From NCBI GenBank assembly GCA_964607765.1, contig CAZSNT010000022.1:12189-76188 (forward strand): a DNA stretch of 64,000 nt. Direction: 5' to 3'. Positions 1-9,828 of this stretch are shown piece by piece; within the stretch, counting starts at the first letter, position 1; every line of letters begins with the position of its first letter. The notes under the pieces are model-generated. The model saw only the letters and a program-made list of their open reading frames with translations, did no database searches and had not been told where the DNA came from. A program made the translations under genes and the position numbers. The DNA comes from an uncultured Victivallales bacterium. GTDB lineage: Bacteria > Verrucomicrobiota > Lentisphaeria > Oligosphaerales > JABHEG01.

Positions 1-448
1 GTTCAGCTTCGCGGACGACAACTGCATGCTGTTGAACGCGGACATGTACGAGTTCTTCGGCTACCCCGTGCTGAAGGGCATGTTCGATCGCTACAGTCCG
101 GATCCCGGCGACGCGCGCGGCCAGCATTCGGACTCGGAAATGGCCCATCTCCTGCCCATCCTCGGCAAGCTGGATATGACCTGGGTGAATCTCGGGCCGC
201 GGCTTACCGTGACGGAGATCCGCGAGCACCTGCCGCGAGCCGTGATCCGCGGGCAGTTGGCGCCGTTCACGTTCAGCCGCAACGAGGAAGTGAATATCGT
301 GGCGGAACTCATCCGCGATTTCGAGATGGCCCGGGAGCGCAAGGGGCTCGTGTTCTCAACGGCCGGTTCCATCAACAACGGCTCACGGCTGAGCGGGATG
401 CGGCTGATCATGGCTGCGATACAGGAGTTTGGCCGGTACGACCGGTAA
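1..448 (+). CDS. Uroporphyrinogen decarboxylase (URO-D) family protein, MtaA/CmuA-like methyltransferase; 5' end lies outside the window
   Basis: Reading frame is open from the window edge (FSFADDNC...) and ends at TAA 446-448. The C-terminal region resembles the URO-D / methylcobamide methyltransferase family by eye only. Confidence 0.55.
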   Translation, partial: FSFADDNCMLLNADMYEFFGYPVLKGMFDRYSPDPGDARGQHSDSEMAHLLPILGKLDMTWVNLGPRLTVTEIREHLPRAVIRGQLAPFTFSRNEEVNIVAELIRDFEMARERKGLVFSTAGSINNGSRLSGMRLIMAAIQEFGRYDR

Positions 449-464
449 GAAGGGAGGACACCCC

Positions 465-1334
465 ATGAAAGGCATCATACTGGCAGGCGGAGCGGGAACG
501 CGCCTTTACCCCATCACGCAGGTTGCCAGCAAGCAGCTGCAGCCGATCTACGACAAGCCGATGATCTACTATCCGCTGTCCACGCTGATGCTCGCAGGCG
601 TCCGTGAGATCATGTTGATCTCCACGCCGCAGGATCTGCCTCGATTCGAGGCGTTTCTCGGCGACGGCAGCGTGTGGGGGTTGTCGCTGTCGTACAAGGT
701 ACAGGAGAAACCGGAGGGTATCGCGCAGGCGTTCCTGCTGGCAGAGGATTTCCTGGACGGTTCGCCCGCTGTCCTGATCCTCGGCGACAACCTGTTCTAC
801 GGCAAGATGGGGCTGGACCGGATTGTTGCCGCGTTCGACCAGGGCGCCTGCGTGTTCGGGTATCCGGTCAGTGATCCTGAACGCTACGGCGTGGTGGAGT
901 TCGGCCCGGACGGACGCGTCCTCAGCCTGGAGGAGAAGCCGCAGAACCCGAAGAGCCATTACGCCGTGCCCGGGCTCTATCTGTACGACGAGCACGTTGT
1001 GGAGTACACCAAACAGCTGAAGCCGTCGGCTCGCGGCGAGCTCGAGATCACCGATCTGAACCTGCACTACCTGGCGCTGGGCCAGTTGCGCGTGGAGAAA
1101 CTCGGCCGCGGCATCGCGTGGCTCGACACCGGCACGCCGGCCAGCCTGCTCGAGGCCGGCATGTTCATCTTCGCCATCGAGACGCGGCAGGGCTTCAAAA
1201 TCTCATGTCCGGAAGAGATAGCGTTCCGGCAGGGCTTCATCTCGCCCGAGCAGCTCCGAGCCCTGACAGCGAACCTGCCCAACTCCAATTACCGGGAGTA
1301 CCTGGAACGCATCATCCGCGAGGAGGTCGGCTGA
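465..1334 (+). CDS. rfbA: Glucose-1-phosphate thymidylyltransferase
   Basis: MKGIILAGGAGTRLYPIT nucleotidyltransferase N-terminus and full-length RmlA-like sequence. SD AAGGGAGGA lies just upstream of ATG 465 (the track ORF starts earlier, at 429). Confidence 0.93.
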   Translation: MKGIILAGGAGTRLYPITQVASKQLQPIYDKPMIYYPLSTLMLAGVREIMLISTPQDLPRFEAFLGDGSVWGLSLSYKVQEKPEGIAQAFLLAEDFLDGSPAVLILGDNLFYGKMGLDRIVAAFDQGACVFGYPVSDPERYGVVEFGPDGRVLSLEEKPQNPKSHYAVPGLYLYDEHVVEYTKQLKPSARGELEITDLNLHYLALGQLRVEKLGRGIAWLDTGTPASLLEAGMFIFAIETRQGFKISCPEEIAFRQGFISPEQLRALTANLPNSNYREYLERIIREEVG

Positions 1335-1380
1335 CCACGAATGACGCGGGGTTGCAGGTCTGCCCAGGAAGGAGTGAACC

Positions 1381-1971
1381 GTGAGAAAGTACTGGCAACA
1401 TGGCCTTGCAGCTGCGGCGCTGGCCGTCTGGGCTGTTCCGCAGGGCGTGGCCGAGGAGACCGAGCGTATGTCGACGATCCATGAAGTCTCGGTAACCACC
1501 ATTGACGGCAAGAACACGACACTGGCCGAGTACCGCGGCAAGGCGCTTCTGATCGTGAATGTGGCAAGCAAGTGCGGCTTCACCAAGCAGTACGTGGGGC
1601 TGCAGACGCTCTACGAGCGGTACAAGGACCGCGGCTTGGTCATACTCGGCTTCCCCGCGAACGACTTCGGGTGGCAGGAGCCGGGAACGAACGCGGAGAT
1701 CAAGACGTTCTGCACGACTAAGTACGCGGTGAGCTTCCCCATGTTCGCGAAAGTCACCGTCAAAGGCAAGGATATGCATCCGCTCTACCGGCTCCTCACC
1801 ACGGCCTCGGACGACGGGGTCAAGCCGGGGCGCGTGACGTGGAACTTCAACAAGTTCCTGGTCGATCGGCAGGGGCGCGTCGCGGCCCGGTTCGGCAGCC
1901 GTGAAGAACCCGGCAGCGACAAGATGGTCGCGGCCATCGAGAACGCGCTGGGCAGCGCAGCAGGGGAGTAG
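1381..1971 (+). CDS. Glutathione peroxidase (Cys type) with N-terminal signal-like segment
   Basis: VASKCGFT and FPANDFGWQEPG motifs. GTG start is preceded by GGAAGGAG. Confidence 0.88.
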   Translation: MRKYWQHGLAAAALAVWAVPQGVAEETERMSTIHEVSVTTIDGKNTTLAEYRGKALLIVNVASKCGFTKQYVGLQTLYERYKDRGLVILGFPANDFGWQEPGTNAEIKTFCTTKYAVSFPMFAKVTVKGKDMHPLYRLLTTASDDGVKPGRVTWNFNKFLVDRQGRVAARFGSREEPGSDKMVAAIENALGSAAGE

Positions 1972-2152
1972 TCAGGCTGGAGAGGGGCTGCTCCGAATGG
2001 CGTTCAGTTGAGCCGTAGGACGACCCCCACGGCCTTGTGCCGTGGGTGAGCGAGGTCGGTCCCGCACGCAAAGCGCCCACACTCCCTCCCTACCCACACA
2101 AGGCGGGTGGGGGGCAGTGGCTTCCCGGCCCCCATCCTGACGCCATTCAGCG

Positions 2153-2953
2153 CTACCCCATCTTCCCGAGTTCCACCGACCGGTCCCGGGCCGCATGCAC
2201 CACAGAGCTGATCAAGCCGCGGAAGTCTGATTTCTCCAGCACAGCCAGCCCGGCCTGAGTTGTGCCGCCTGGTGATGTGACCGCGACACGCAATTCATCC
2301 GGCGTGCCCAGGCCGCGCCGCACCATCTCAGCCGCGCCCGCCACGGTCTGCGTCGTCAGCTCGAGGGCAACGTCCGCAGGCAGGCCCACGTCCACCGCAG
2401 CATCCACGAGCGCCTGGATCATCTCGAACACGTAAGCCGGCCCGCTGCCGCTCAGCGCGGTCACGGCGTCCATTAGCCCCTCGGGCATCTCATGGACAAT
2501 GCCGGGGGCGCCGAATACGGTGGCGGCAAACTCACGATCGGCCGCATCGACGCCCGGGGCGCAGGCGGTGACGCTCGCGCCTTTGCCCACGGTCAGGGGC
2601 GTGTTGGGCATGACGCGGACCACGCGGTCCGTACCGAACCAATCGCACAGCTTCGAGAGCGGCAGCCCGGCGCAGATCGAGATGATGAGTTTATCCGCAC
2701 ACAGATCGGCAATCGGCTGCACGGCCTGTTCGGCCACCTGCGGCTTTACAGCGAGAAGGACGACGTCGGCAACGCCCAGTATCTCGGTCGCGTCCGCCAC
2801 ACAGCTGACGCCGGTCGCTGCCGTGAACGCGTCACGTGCGGCCGGAGAGACGTCCGCAGCCGCCATATCGGCCGCGCTCAGTACATCGTTGTTTGTCAGG
2901 CCGCTCGCAATGGCCGTGGCCATCTTGCCGGCACCGATGAATGCGATTCTCAT
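2153..2953 (-). CDS. proC: Pyrroline-5-carboxylate reductase
   Basis: MRIAFIGAGKMA Rossmann N-terminus and P5CR-like C-terminal half. The ATG at 2953 is preceded by GGAAGG (the track ORF starts 5 codons earlier). Confidence 0.88.
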   Translation of the reverse strand: MRIAFIGAGKMATAIASGLTNNDVLSAADMAAADVSPAARDAFTAATGVSCVADATEILGVADVVLLAVKPQVAEQAVQPIADLCADKLIISICAGLPLSKLCDWFGTDRVVRVMPNTPLTVGKGASVTACAPGVDAADREFAATVFGAPGIVHEMPEGLMDAVTALSGSGPAYVFEMIQALVDAAVDVGLPADVALELTTQTVAGAAEMVRRGLGTPDELRVAVTSPGGTTQAGLAVLEKSDFRGLISSVVHAARDRSVELGKMG

Positions 2954-3352
2954 TGGTATGCCTTCCATCTGTCGCGCTCACTGCGGTTTTCAGGTTAGCT
3001 GCCGCGTTTGGCCATGTCAACGCGTTCCGACAGATTCTTCCGGCTGCTCCCTCCCAATTCCACGGACGTTGACAGTGGCACCGGGCGGCCCGTGCCCAGG
3101 GCAGACCGCGGCCTCGGCGATCCCGCGCCACAGGCCGGGCGCCAAGACAGCCCACCGGCGAAGGAACAGTCCCGGCAAATTCCAGGCACCCGCCCCTTGA
3201 TCTGGCGATCCCGTCGGGCTAGTGTGTGTGTCCGGAACCGGAACTTGGGAGTCTTGGTCCGCGTGTCCCGGCTTGCTGCATCGGGCGATATGCTGCTGCC
3301 AGGTCGGGTGTCACGGCCAACTCCCCGAAGGACGTTGTCCCAGAGGTGTCGC

Positions 3353-4228
3353 ATGGAATTGCAGGGCTGCTACACGGCGATCGTTACTCCGTTCAGAGAC
3401 GGGCAGGTGGACTACACTGCTTTCCGGTCGCTGATCGAGGAACAGCTGGCCGCGGGCGTCGACGGGCTTGTGCCGGTCGGCACAACCGGTGAATCACCCA
3501 CGCTCGGATTCGACCTGCACAAGAAGGTCATTGAGTTCACAGTGGCGACGGTCGGCGGCCGCTGCGCGGTCGTTGCCGGCACGGGCGGCAATTCCACCGA
3601 GGAAGCTGTCGATTTGACGCGGCACGCGGCGGCGGCCGGTGCGGACGCGTCGCTGCAGGTCACCCCGTACTACAACAAGCCCATGCAGGAAGGGCTCTAC
3701 CGCCACTTCGCTACCATTGCGGACGAAGGCGGCCTGCCCGTGGTGCTCTACAATGTGCCGGGCCGCACGGGCCGTGAGATTGCCGTGGACACCGTGTGCC
3801 GCCTGTCGAGCCACGACCACGTCGTGGCGGTGAAGGAAGCGGGGGGCAGCGTGGATCGTGTCAGCGCGATCCTCGACTGCTGCGCGATCACCGTGCTGAG
3901 CGGCGATGACGCACTCACACTGCCCATGATGGCGGTCGGCGCGAAAGGCGTGATCAGCGTCGCGTCGAACCTGCTGCCCGCGGACGTGACGGCCATGGTT
4001 CACGCGGCCCTTGCCGGTGACTGGGACCGGGCACGCGCGCTGCACTACCGCCTCTACCGCTTGTTCTGCGATCTGTTCGTCGAGACGAACCCGATCCCGA
4101 TCAAGGCCGCTCTGGCCATGGTGGGGAAGATCGCCGAAGAGTACCGGCTGCCGCTTTCGTCAATGACCGACAGCAGTCGGGAAGTGCTCAAGTCGAGCAT
4201 GCGTGCGGCGGGCGTCGAGGTGCCGTGA
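3353..4228 (+). CDS. dapA: 4-hydroxy-tetrahydrodipicolinate synthase
   Basis: TAIVTPF, PVGTTGESPTL and VAVKEAGG motifs. The first 115 codons of the track ORF are Arg/Pro-rich junk. The conserved protein starts at ATG 3353. Confidence 0.92.
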   Translation: MELQGCYTAIVTPFRDGQVDYTAFRSLIEEQLAAGVDGLVPVGTTGESPTLGFDLHKKVIEFTVATVGGRCAVVAGTGGNSTEEAVDLTRHAAAAGADASLQVTPYYNKPMQEGLYRHFATIADEGGLPVVLYNVPGRTGREIAVDTVCRLSSHDHVVAVKEAGGSVDRVSAILDCCAITVLSGDDALTLPMMAVGAKGVISVASNLLPADVTAMVHAALAGDWDRARALHYRLYRLFCDLFVETNPIPIKAALAMVGKIAEEYRLPLSSMTDSSREVLKSSMRAAGVEVP

Positions 4229-4275
4229 CGCGGCGGCCCGCCTTGCCTGAAAGCGGACCGTGAGGAGACCGGAAC

Positions 4276-5253
4276 ATGCGTGGCTATTCCGTACTGCTGC
4301 TGTTCGTGGGGCTGACCGCTGTTCACGCGCGTGCCGAAGCGCCGGCGGCGTTGCGGTCGGGGTTCGAGGAGTCGGACGCGGCGGCCGTGTGGTCGCTGAG
4401 CACGAACGGCATCGCGAGCGTCTCGGCGGAGGCCGCGCGGACGGGCGAGCGCAGTCTGAAAATCGTTGACGGCAGCGATGCGGACGGGTCGAGCGTGTTC
4501 AGCCATGCCGTGCGTGTCGTTCCGGACCGGAACTGCTTCGCCATGGCGTGGGCAAAGTGCGCCGAGGGCAGCGGACTCGGCTTCTACGTCAGGTTCTACG
4601 CAGCCGATGGGAAGACAATCGAGGTCGACGAGGCGGTTTACCACAAGCAGGTCGCGTTTTCCGGGAACGAGTGGACGCCCGTGTTCCTCGTGGTGCCGGC
4701 CGTGGCAGGCGCGGCGACGTGCAAAGTCTGGCTGCACAGCTACAACGCATCGACGGTGACGTGTTTCGTTGATGATGTCTTGCTGTGCTGGAGCGCGTCG
4801 CGCGACCTGTTGCAGGCGTCGAAGTGGTCCGGGGGCTATCCGGACGGCAAGACGACGAAGGATTCGCAGTGCGCCTTGCGCTGGGAACACCGGCTCTCGG
4901 GACGTCTGGCGCGGCAGTTTGCCCGGCCTGCGGACTGGAGCGCGCACGGCGCGCTGCAGTTCTGGCTGCACAACGAGACGCCGGTCGACACGACATTCGT
5001 GCTGACGGTGACCTCGGAGAACGCCGACACGGAAGGCGGCGATTACTACTCGCTGAAGATCCCCATCGATTGGACCGGCTGGCGACAGTTCGTGGTGCCC
5101 TTCGAACGGTTCACGACAGCCCGCAGTCCTCTGGGCTGGCATCACGTCGAGGGGATGGCGTTCAACGCCGGGGGCTGGGGCCAGACACCGGACCCGGATG
5201 CCGTGCTCGTTCTCGACGGGGTCAAACTCCTGCCGAAGCAGGAACGGGAGTAG
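4276..5253 (+). CDS. Secreted protein with two carbohydrate-binding-module-like beta-sandwich regions
   Basis: Signal peptide MRGYSVLLLFVGLTAVHARA. SD GAGGAG lies upstream. The domain assignment is by eye only. Confidence 0.6.
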   Translation: MRGYSVLLLFVGLTAVHARAEAPAALRSGFEESDAAAVWSLSTNGIASVSAEAARTGERSLKIVDGSDADGSSVFSHAVRVVPDRNCFAMAWAKCAEGSGLGFYVRFYAADGKTIEVDEAVYHKQVAFSGNEWTPVFLVVPAVAGAATCKVWLHSYNASTVTCFVDDVLLCWSASRDLLQASKWSGGYPDGKTTKDSQCALRWEHRLSGRLARQFARPADWSAHGALQFWLHNETPVDTTFVLTVTSENADTEGGDYYSLKIPIDWTGWRQFVVPFERFTTARSPLGWHHVEGMAFNAGGWGQTPDPDAVLVLDGVKLLPKQERE

Positions 5254-5292
5254 GCTGCCAGTACTTCAGCCCTGACGGCCCGCCGGGCCGTG

Positions 5293-6324
5293 TCAATGGT
5301 ACACGGCCGGAAGCGTCTTACCTTCACGTGCGCTGCGGTCGGACAGGTCCATGATGTGCACGTTCCGACGCGCCCACTCCGCCGTGATGATGAGCGGCTC
5401 GCCCGTGGTCAGGTGCGCGGCAATATTCTCGTAGAACCGGCCGGCTTTGGAGCCTGGGTTGGGGCCGCGGAACAGCGCATGCCCACCCTCCTGCTGCACG
5501 GTCGCGTGCCACTCCTGGGGGCTGAAGTGGAAGCTGCCGTTCGTTCCGGTTATGTCGAACCAGCCGTCGCGTGGGTGCGACTCGATACGTGAAATGAGCA
5601 GCGTCAGCACCTGGCCGCTGTCGAACCGGACAACGGTGAACGTCTCGTCCTCGACCGTGTCGTCGCCCCAGGGGCTTTGCGGTGCCCAAAACCCGTACCT
5701 GGCGAACCCCGTCACCTCCACGACATCGGCGTCGATCAGTTGCAGGGCGTACTCCAGGAAATGGGCGCCCCAGTCGTAGTTAACGCCGCCCGAGATCGAT
5801 TTGCTGCAGCGCCACCAGGCGCGCGGCCTGCCCCGGCCGCCCGAGTGCGCTTCGATGCGTACCACGTCCCCGATCATCCCAGCCTTGATGTGCTTGACCG
5901 CATTCATGATCCAGCCGTCCCAATGCCGGTTGTGATGCACGCTGATCATGACGTCGTTGGCACGGGCCGCCTCGATCACCGCATCCGCTTCCGCCGTCGT
6001 GACCACGAATGGCTTCTCGGTGATCACGTGCTTGCCCGCCTCTATGCACTGGATGGCCAATTCGGCGTGGCTGTCGTGCGGCGTGATCACGCCCACCAGG
6101 TCCACGTCGCAGTTGGCGAGCATCTCGGTGGCGGACGAGAAGGTCCGAACCCCGGGAAACTCCTCCTCGGCTACGGGCAGGCGCTCCGGGTCAATGTCCG
6201 CCACAGCCACCGGCACCATGCCGACACGCTTCATCGCGTTGAGGTGGTGACGCCCCATGTTGAACGCCGGGCCGTACCCCACCACGGCGACCTTGATATC
6301 TTCGGGCCGGTCAAATCGCTTCAT
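5293..6324 (-). CDS. Gfo/Idh/MocA family oxidoreductase
   Basis: IKVAVVGYG...GVITPHDSHAELAIQCIEAGKHVITEKPF Rossmann/EKP motif. The start is taken at MKRFD (6324). The upstream 44 codons of the track ORF are read from a repeat array. Confidence 0.85.
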   Translation of the reverse strand: MKRFDRPEDIKVAVVGYGPAFNMGRHHLNAMKRVGMVPVAVADIDPERLPVAEEEFPGVRTFSSATEMLANCDVDLVGVITPHDSHAELAIQCIEAGKHVITEKPFVVTTAEADAVIEAARANDVMISVHHNRHWDGWIMNAVKHIKAGMIGDVVRIEAHSGGRGRPRAWWRCSKSISGGVNYDWGAHFLEYALQLIDADVVEVTGFARYGFWAPQSPWGDDTVEDETFTVVRFDSGQVLTLLISRIESHPRDGWFDITGTNGSFHFSPQEWHATVQQEGGHALFRGPNPGSKAGRFYENIAAHLTTGEPLIITAEWARRNVHIMDLSDRSAREGKTLPAVYH

Positions 6325-6338
6325 GTGGTCTCCGAGAG

Positions 6339-6432
6339 ATTGCTGGGTTGTTGGATTATTGGACTGGTGGGTTGCCGGATCCAGGTTCCTCCCCACTCCT
6401 CGCTCCCCGCTCCCCGCTCCCCGCTCCTCACC
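6339..6432. repeat. Composite short-tandem-repeat element in the pfk-to-oxidoreductase spacer (TTGCTGG/GTTGTTG-type block plus CGCTCCC heptamers)
   Basis: Read directly. 6339-6378 is attgctgggttgttggattattggactggtgggttgccgg. 6388-6432 reads on the minus (mRNA) strand as TGA GGAGCGG GGAGCGG GGAGCGG GGAGCGA GGAGTGG GGAGGAA, starting at the pfk stop codon. Confidence 0.9.
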
Positions 6433-7744
6433 AGTATTTGTGCTGCTGGGTGACACTCAGCACGCTCTGCCAGAGCTGTCCTTTCGGATCCACTTTGCGC
6501 CGGCTGCGCGTGGCCAGGTCGATCGGCACGCAGGTGAAGTGGCCGTGCCAGTAGCCGATGACGACGTTGGTCATCCCCGCCATGGCCGCGTGTACCGCGT
6601 TCTGGGCCAGATGCAGGCAGAATACCGCGTCCGTACCGAGGGCCGGCACGCTTCGGACCAGGTAGCTCGGATCGAAGTAGCGGATAGCGTGGTCCACGCT
6701 GCGTCCCGTGAGATACTCGGAGATCCGGCCCTTGAGGAACAGCCCGATGTCCTGGTGCAGGACATTGCCCGAGGCGTCGGTGCGCTGGGCCTCACTGTCG
6801 AACAGCTCCTGGCCCGCGCCTTCAGCCACCACGATCACCGCGTGCTGCTTCTCGATCAGCCTGCGTTCGAGAGCGGACAGGAAACCGGTGGCTCCTTCCA
6901 GCTCGAAAGGGACCTCCGGAATGAGACAGAAATTGACGACCGAGTTGGCCAGGCTGGCACTGGCCGCGATGAATCCGGAGTCGCGCCCCATGAGCCGGAC
7001 CAGACCGATGCCGTTGAACGCGCCCTTTGCCTCGGAATGCGCGCAGCTGATAACCGGCGCGGCGGCGTACACGGCCGTCTCGTAACCGAACGTGCGTTCC
7101 ATGAAATTCAGGTCGTTGTCGATCGTTTTCGGGATACCCACCACGCTGACGGGCATCTGCCTTTCGCGCAGCGCGTTGGCAATGTCTCTGCCGCCCCGCT
7201 GCGTGCCGTCGCCACCGATCGTGAAGAGCATGTTGATGTTCAACCGGTCAAGGGTGCGGACAATCTCGTCGGTGTCCTGTTCGCCCCGCGACGAACCGAG
7301 GATCGACCCGCCATTTTCGTGGATCGGGTCAACGCTGTCAGGGTCAAGATGCAGCGGCTCCAGGCCATAGTCGGGGACCAGCCCACGGTAGCCGTATCGG
7401 ATCCCGAATATGTTGTCCACGCCATAATCCAGGCTCAGCGTGTTGACCAGCGCTTTGATGACGTCGTTGATGCCGGGGCACAGGCCGCCGCAGGTCACAA
7501 TGGCCGCGCGCGTCCAGGCAGGGTCGTGGAAGATCCGCTGGCGCGGTCCGGCCGCGACGAACCCGGGAACGGGCTCCCCGGCAGCAGCCAGCTCAGTCAA
7601 TTGCTGCGTGTCGGCATGGAATGCAATGCGGGCGTCGTCGTCCACAAACGAGACGCCGTGCAGGCCGGACTTGAGGGTGGGCTTACCGACGCGCCGTACG
7701 TCGAAGTCAGCGGCTTGGATGTCTGCGTTGTTTGCGGCTGTCAT
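6428..7744 (-). CDS. pfk: 6-phosphofructokinase (long ~440 aa clade; phosphoryl donor not decidable from sequence)
   Basis: CGGLCPGINDV, TIGGDGTQRG and PKTIDNDL motifs. Confidence 0.9.
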   Translation of the reverse strand: MTAANNADIQAADFDVRRVGKPTLKSGLHGVSFVDDDARIAFHADTQQLTELAAAGEPVPGFVAAGPRQRIFHDPAWTRAAIVTCGGLCPGINDVIKALVNTLSLDYGVDNIFGIRYGYRGLVPDYGLEPLHLDPDSVDPIHENGGSILGSSRGEQDTDEIVRTLDRLNINMLFTIGGDGTQRGGRDIANALRERQMPVSVVGIPKTIDNDLNFMERTFGYETAVYAAAPVISCAHSEAKGAFNGIGLVRLMGRDSGFIAASASLANSVVNFCLIPEVPFELEGATGFLSALERRLIEKQHAVIVVAEGAGQELFDSEAQRTDASGNVLHQDIGLFLKGRISEYLTGRSVDHAIRYFDPSYLVRSVPALGTDAVFCLHLAQNAVHAAMAGMTNVVIGYWHGHFTCVPIDLATRSRRKVDPKGQLWQSVLSVTQQHKYW

Positions 7745-7873
7745 GGACTTGAGGGTCCCTGCTGTTGAGTTTCGGGAAGTGACCGTGAGCGGGTTCTGGT
7801 CCGGTCACAGTCGGACCACCCCGAACGCTACTCGCCTGGAGCGCAGATACTGTAGGGAAGCGGAGGCCGGACG

Positions 7874-9808
7874 TCAAGGTGCCGTGTAGAGCGCGATGTC
7901 GCTCAGTGACATGACGCGCGGACGCCGGGCAGGCCCCGCCCCGTCGCGCTGCAGGACGCGGATACGCTGCGTCTTGACGGGAGCCGCAAACTGCACACGC
8001 TGCCACAGGCCGTCGGCCGCATCGGCCTGCGCTGTCACACGCTGCCAGGTGTCGCCGACCTGCGTCTGCACCTCGCAAGCCTGCGAGGCCAGCACGCCTT
8101 CGTGATCGATCCCCCAGTGCAGAACGGCTCCCGCCACGGTCTGAGCCGTGGGCAGTGTTACCTCCACCCAGTGCGCGCCATCGCGCTCGGCGGACAACCA
8201 TGAGGTGTTTTGTGTGCCGGCGCCGGTCGCGGGGCTCATGCCGTCGATCAGGACATCCGGGCTGCGGCCTGGGCTCGACGTGCTGTCCACCGTCACCGCG
8301 GCGCCCGCTGTGGCGAGCGCCACGTTACGGCCTTTGACGTCCATTCCGGCATGGTGAACGACAGTGAGTTGCGGGCGTGCCACCACGCGTTTGCCATCCG
8401 TGATGACGGCTTCGACCGGGTAGACGCCGGGCTTTGCGTCTTCCGGGGCTGTCAGGCGGAACAGTTTTCCCCGGTTGGACATGCCGAGCACGCCAAGCCG
8501 CATCTCGGCAGGCGTGACACGCCAGCCTTCGGGCACGGCGAGTCGTACGTGGCCGCGGAAGCTGGCGGACATCAGGTTCTTGAGCTTCAGCGCCAGCGTC
8601 AGTTTGCGCGCGGGCACGTCCGTGCTCGTGCAGCGCAGCTCCGCGTCCAGCGGCTTCATCACCCCGACACTGCGCCACACCGCAGTCTCCAGCATCCGCC
8701 CGCCGCTGTCCCTGCCCCGGACCGTGGCGACCAGCGCAGCCCATTGTCCAACCGGCGCACCAGCAGGCACGCCAAGCGTGAAAACGCGCGATGACGGGCG
8801 TTCGCCTGCTGCGGAATCCACACTCCAGCCGGGCGGCACTTCCAGGTTGATGTGCGGTTTGGACAGCATACCTCGGGGTTGAAGCGAGACAGTGACCGAG
8901 AATTGCCGCTCCGGCAGCGGCTCCCCTTCGATATCGACCTGGATGCGGCCGCCTGTGGCAAGGAACCGGGCACGCTCCAGCTGCCGGCTGGCCAGCGCGA
9001 TGTCGCGCGTCAGCGTGCCGACGGCGTGCAGCGCATCCTGCCGCGCCATGGCGCCCAGCTCGCGTGTGATGGCCGCGCTGGGCACATGGACCATGAGCTG
9101 TTTGATGGCGTTGAGGCGCACGACCAGGGCCTTCTGCACCTCGTTCAGAGTCGTCTGTGCAGCGTGCGGCGAGAGCATGGCACGCTCAAGTGTCTCCACC
9201 ACGTGCTGCAGCGCAATCGTGCCCGTGTCCTCATCGCGCGTGAGCTGCACGACAATCACGTCTTCCGGCGCCAGCGTGAACGGCGCCCTCAGCGTCTGCC
9301 GGCGGCGCACGGACGGGAGCGCGGAATTGCCCAGGAACTCCATGCAGGTGATGCCGTCGCGCGGGGCTGCGCCCAAAGCCGCCAGGTCGACCTCCAAGTC
9401 GGCGCGGACCCAGCGCGGCCCGGGATTGAAGAGGGCCAGAAAGACTACCTTCTGGCGCCACTCGCCATAGCGCTCCAGCCAGACGCCGTCACTCGGCTCA
9501 CCGATTTCGTCCACTACACGGGCGTGCGGCACCGCGTGCCAGCCCGCGCGCGACAGACGGCGCGCGGCCGGTACGTACCGCATGAACAGCGCCCGGTCGC
9601 GCTCGTACAGCGCCGGTGTCTCCCAATACCCGACACGCTGCCACTGTTCGTTCTCCCGATACTCACCAGCGGAGAAGCTCGGGAGCATTCCGTAGAACAG
9701 ACTCCGCTTCAGGTAGGACTCGATCATGTCCGGCCCGAATTCGGTGAAATTCGCGGCCATCATCAGGGCGTAAGGCTTGCGATGGGCGAGCGTGCGGCGG
9801 AAACTCAT
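7874..9808 (-). CDS. Large protein with C-terminal F5/8 type C (discoidin) domain
   Basis: The C-terminal ~150 aa (NVALATAG...WLSAERDGAHWVEVTLP...IRVLQRDG) has a discoidin pattern. The N-terminal part looks continuous with the upstream ORF family. Confidence 0.7.
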   Translation of the reverse strand: MSFRRTLAHRKPYALMMAANFTEFGPDMIESYLKRSLFYGMLPSFSAGEYRENEQWQRVGYWETPALYERDRALFMRYVPAARRLSRAGWHAVPHARVVDEIGEPSDGVWLERYGEWRQKVVFLALFNPGPRWVRADLEVDLAALGAAPRDGITCMEFLGNSALPSVRRRQTLRAPFTLAPEDVIVVQLTRDEDTGTIALQHVVETLERAMLSPHAAQTTLNEVQKALVVRLNAIKQLMVHVPSAAITRELGAMARQDALHAVGTLTRDIALASRQLERARFLATGGRIQVDIEGEPLPERQFSVTVSLQPRGMLSKPHINLEVPPGWSVDSAAGERPSSRVFTLGVPAGAPVGQWAALVATVRGRDSGGRMLETAVWRSVGVMKPLDAELRCTSTDVPARKLTLALKLKNLMSASFRGHVRLAVPEGWRVTPAEMRLGVLGMSNRGKLFRLTAPEDAKPGVYPVEAVITDGKRVVARPQLTVVHHAGMDVKGRNVALATAGAAVTVDSTSSPGRSPDVLIDGMSPATGAGTQNTSWLSAERDGAHWVEVTLPTAQTVAGAVLHWGIDHEGVLASQACEVQTQVGDTWQRVTAQADAADGLWQRVQFAAPVKTQRIRVLQRDGAGPARRPRVMSLSDIALYTAP

Positions 9809-9828
9809 GAGCGCGTCCGAATCGGGGG

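Noticed and set aside
1995-2148. A 12-bp inverted repeat (GAATGGCGTTCAG / CTGACGCCATTC) encloses the whole gpx-proC convergent intergenic region, with an internal 7-bp hairpin at 2027-2045. This could be a MITE or a structured RNA.
   Set aside because: It is a single copy in the window with no target-site duplication and no recognisable RNA family. It is most simply a pair of terminator-type structures for convergent genes. It would only be worth revisiting if the sequence recurs genome-wide.
2954-3352. The 400-nt region upstream of dapA could be a lysine riboswitch, or a real N-terminal extension of DapA (track ORF from 3008).
   Set aside because: No L-box-like conserved segments were recognised. 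The 115 extra codons are Arg/Pro-rich and precede a well-conserved DapA N-terminus that starts at ATG 3353. A TTGATC-17-TAGTGT promoter-like pair at about 3197-3226 is too weak to call.
6257-7768. A 503-aa plus-strand ORF antisense to pfk. Similar long antisense ORFs occur at 12452-14275, 21123-22601, 27161-28789, 29107-30576, 32173-33807, 34093-35259, 36767-37714, 45168-46316, 52360-54006 and elsewhere.
   Set aside because: The opposite strand carries clearly recognisable family motifs in every case. These translations are Arg/Pro/Gly/Ala-rich with no motifs, which is typical of stop-codon-poor antisense frames in GC-rich DNA.
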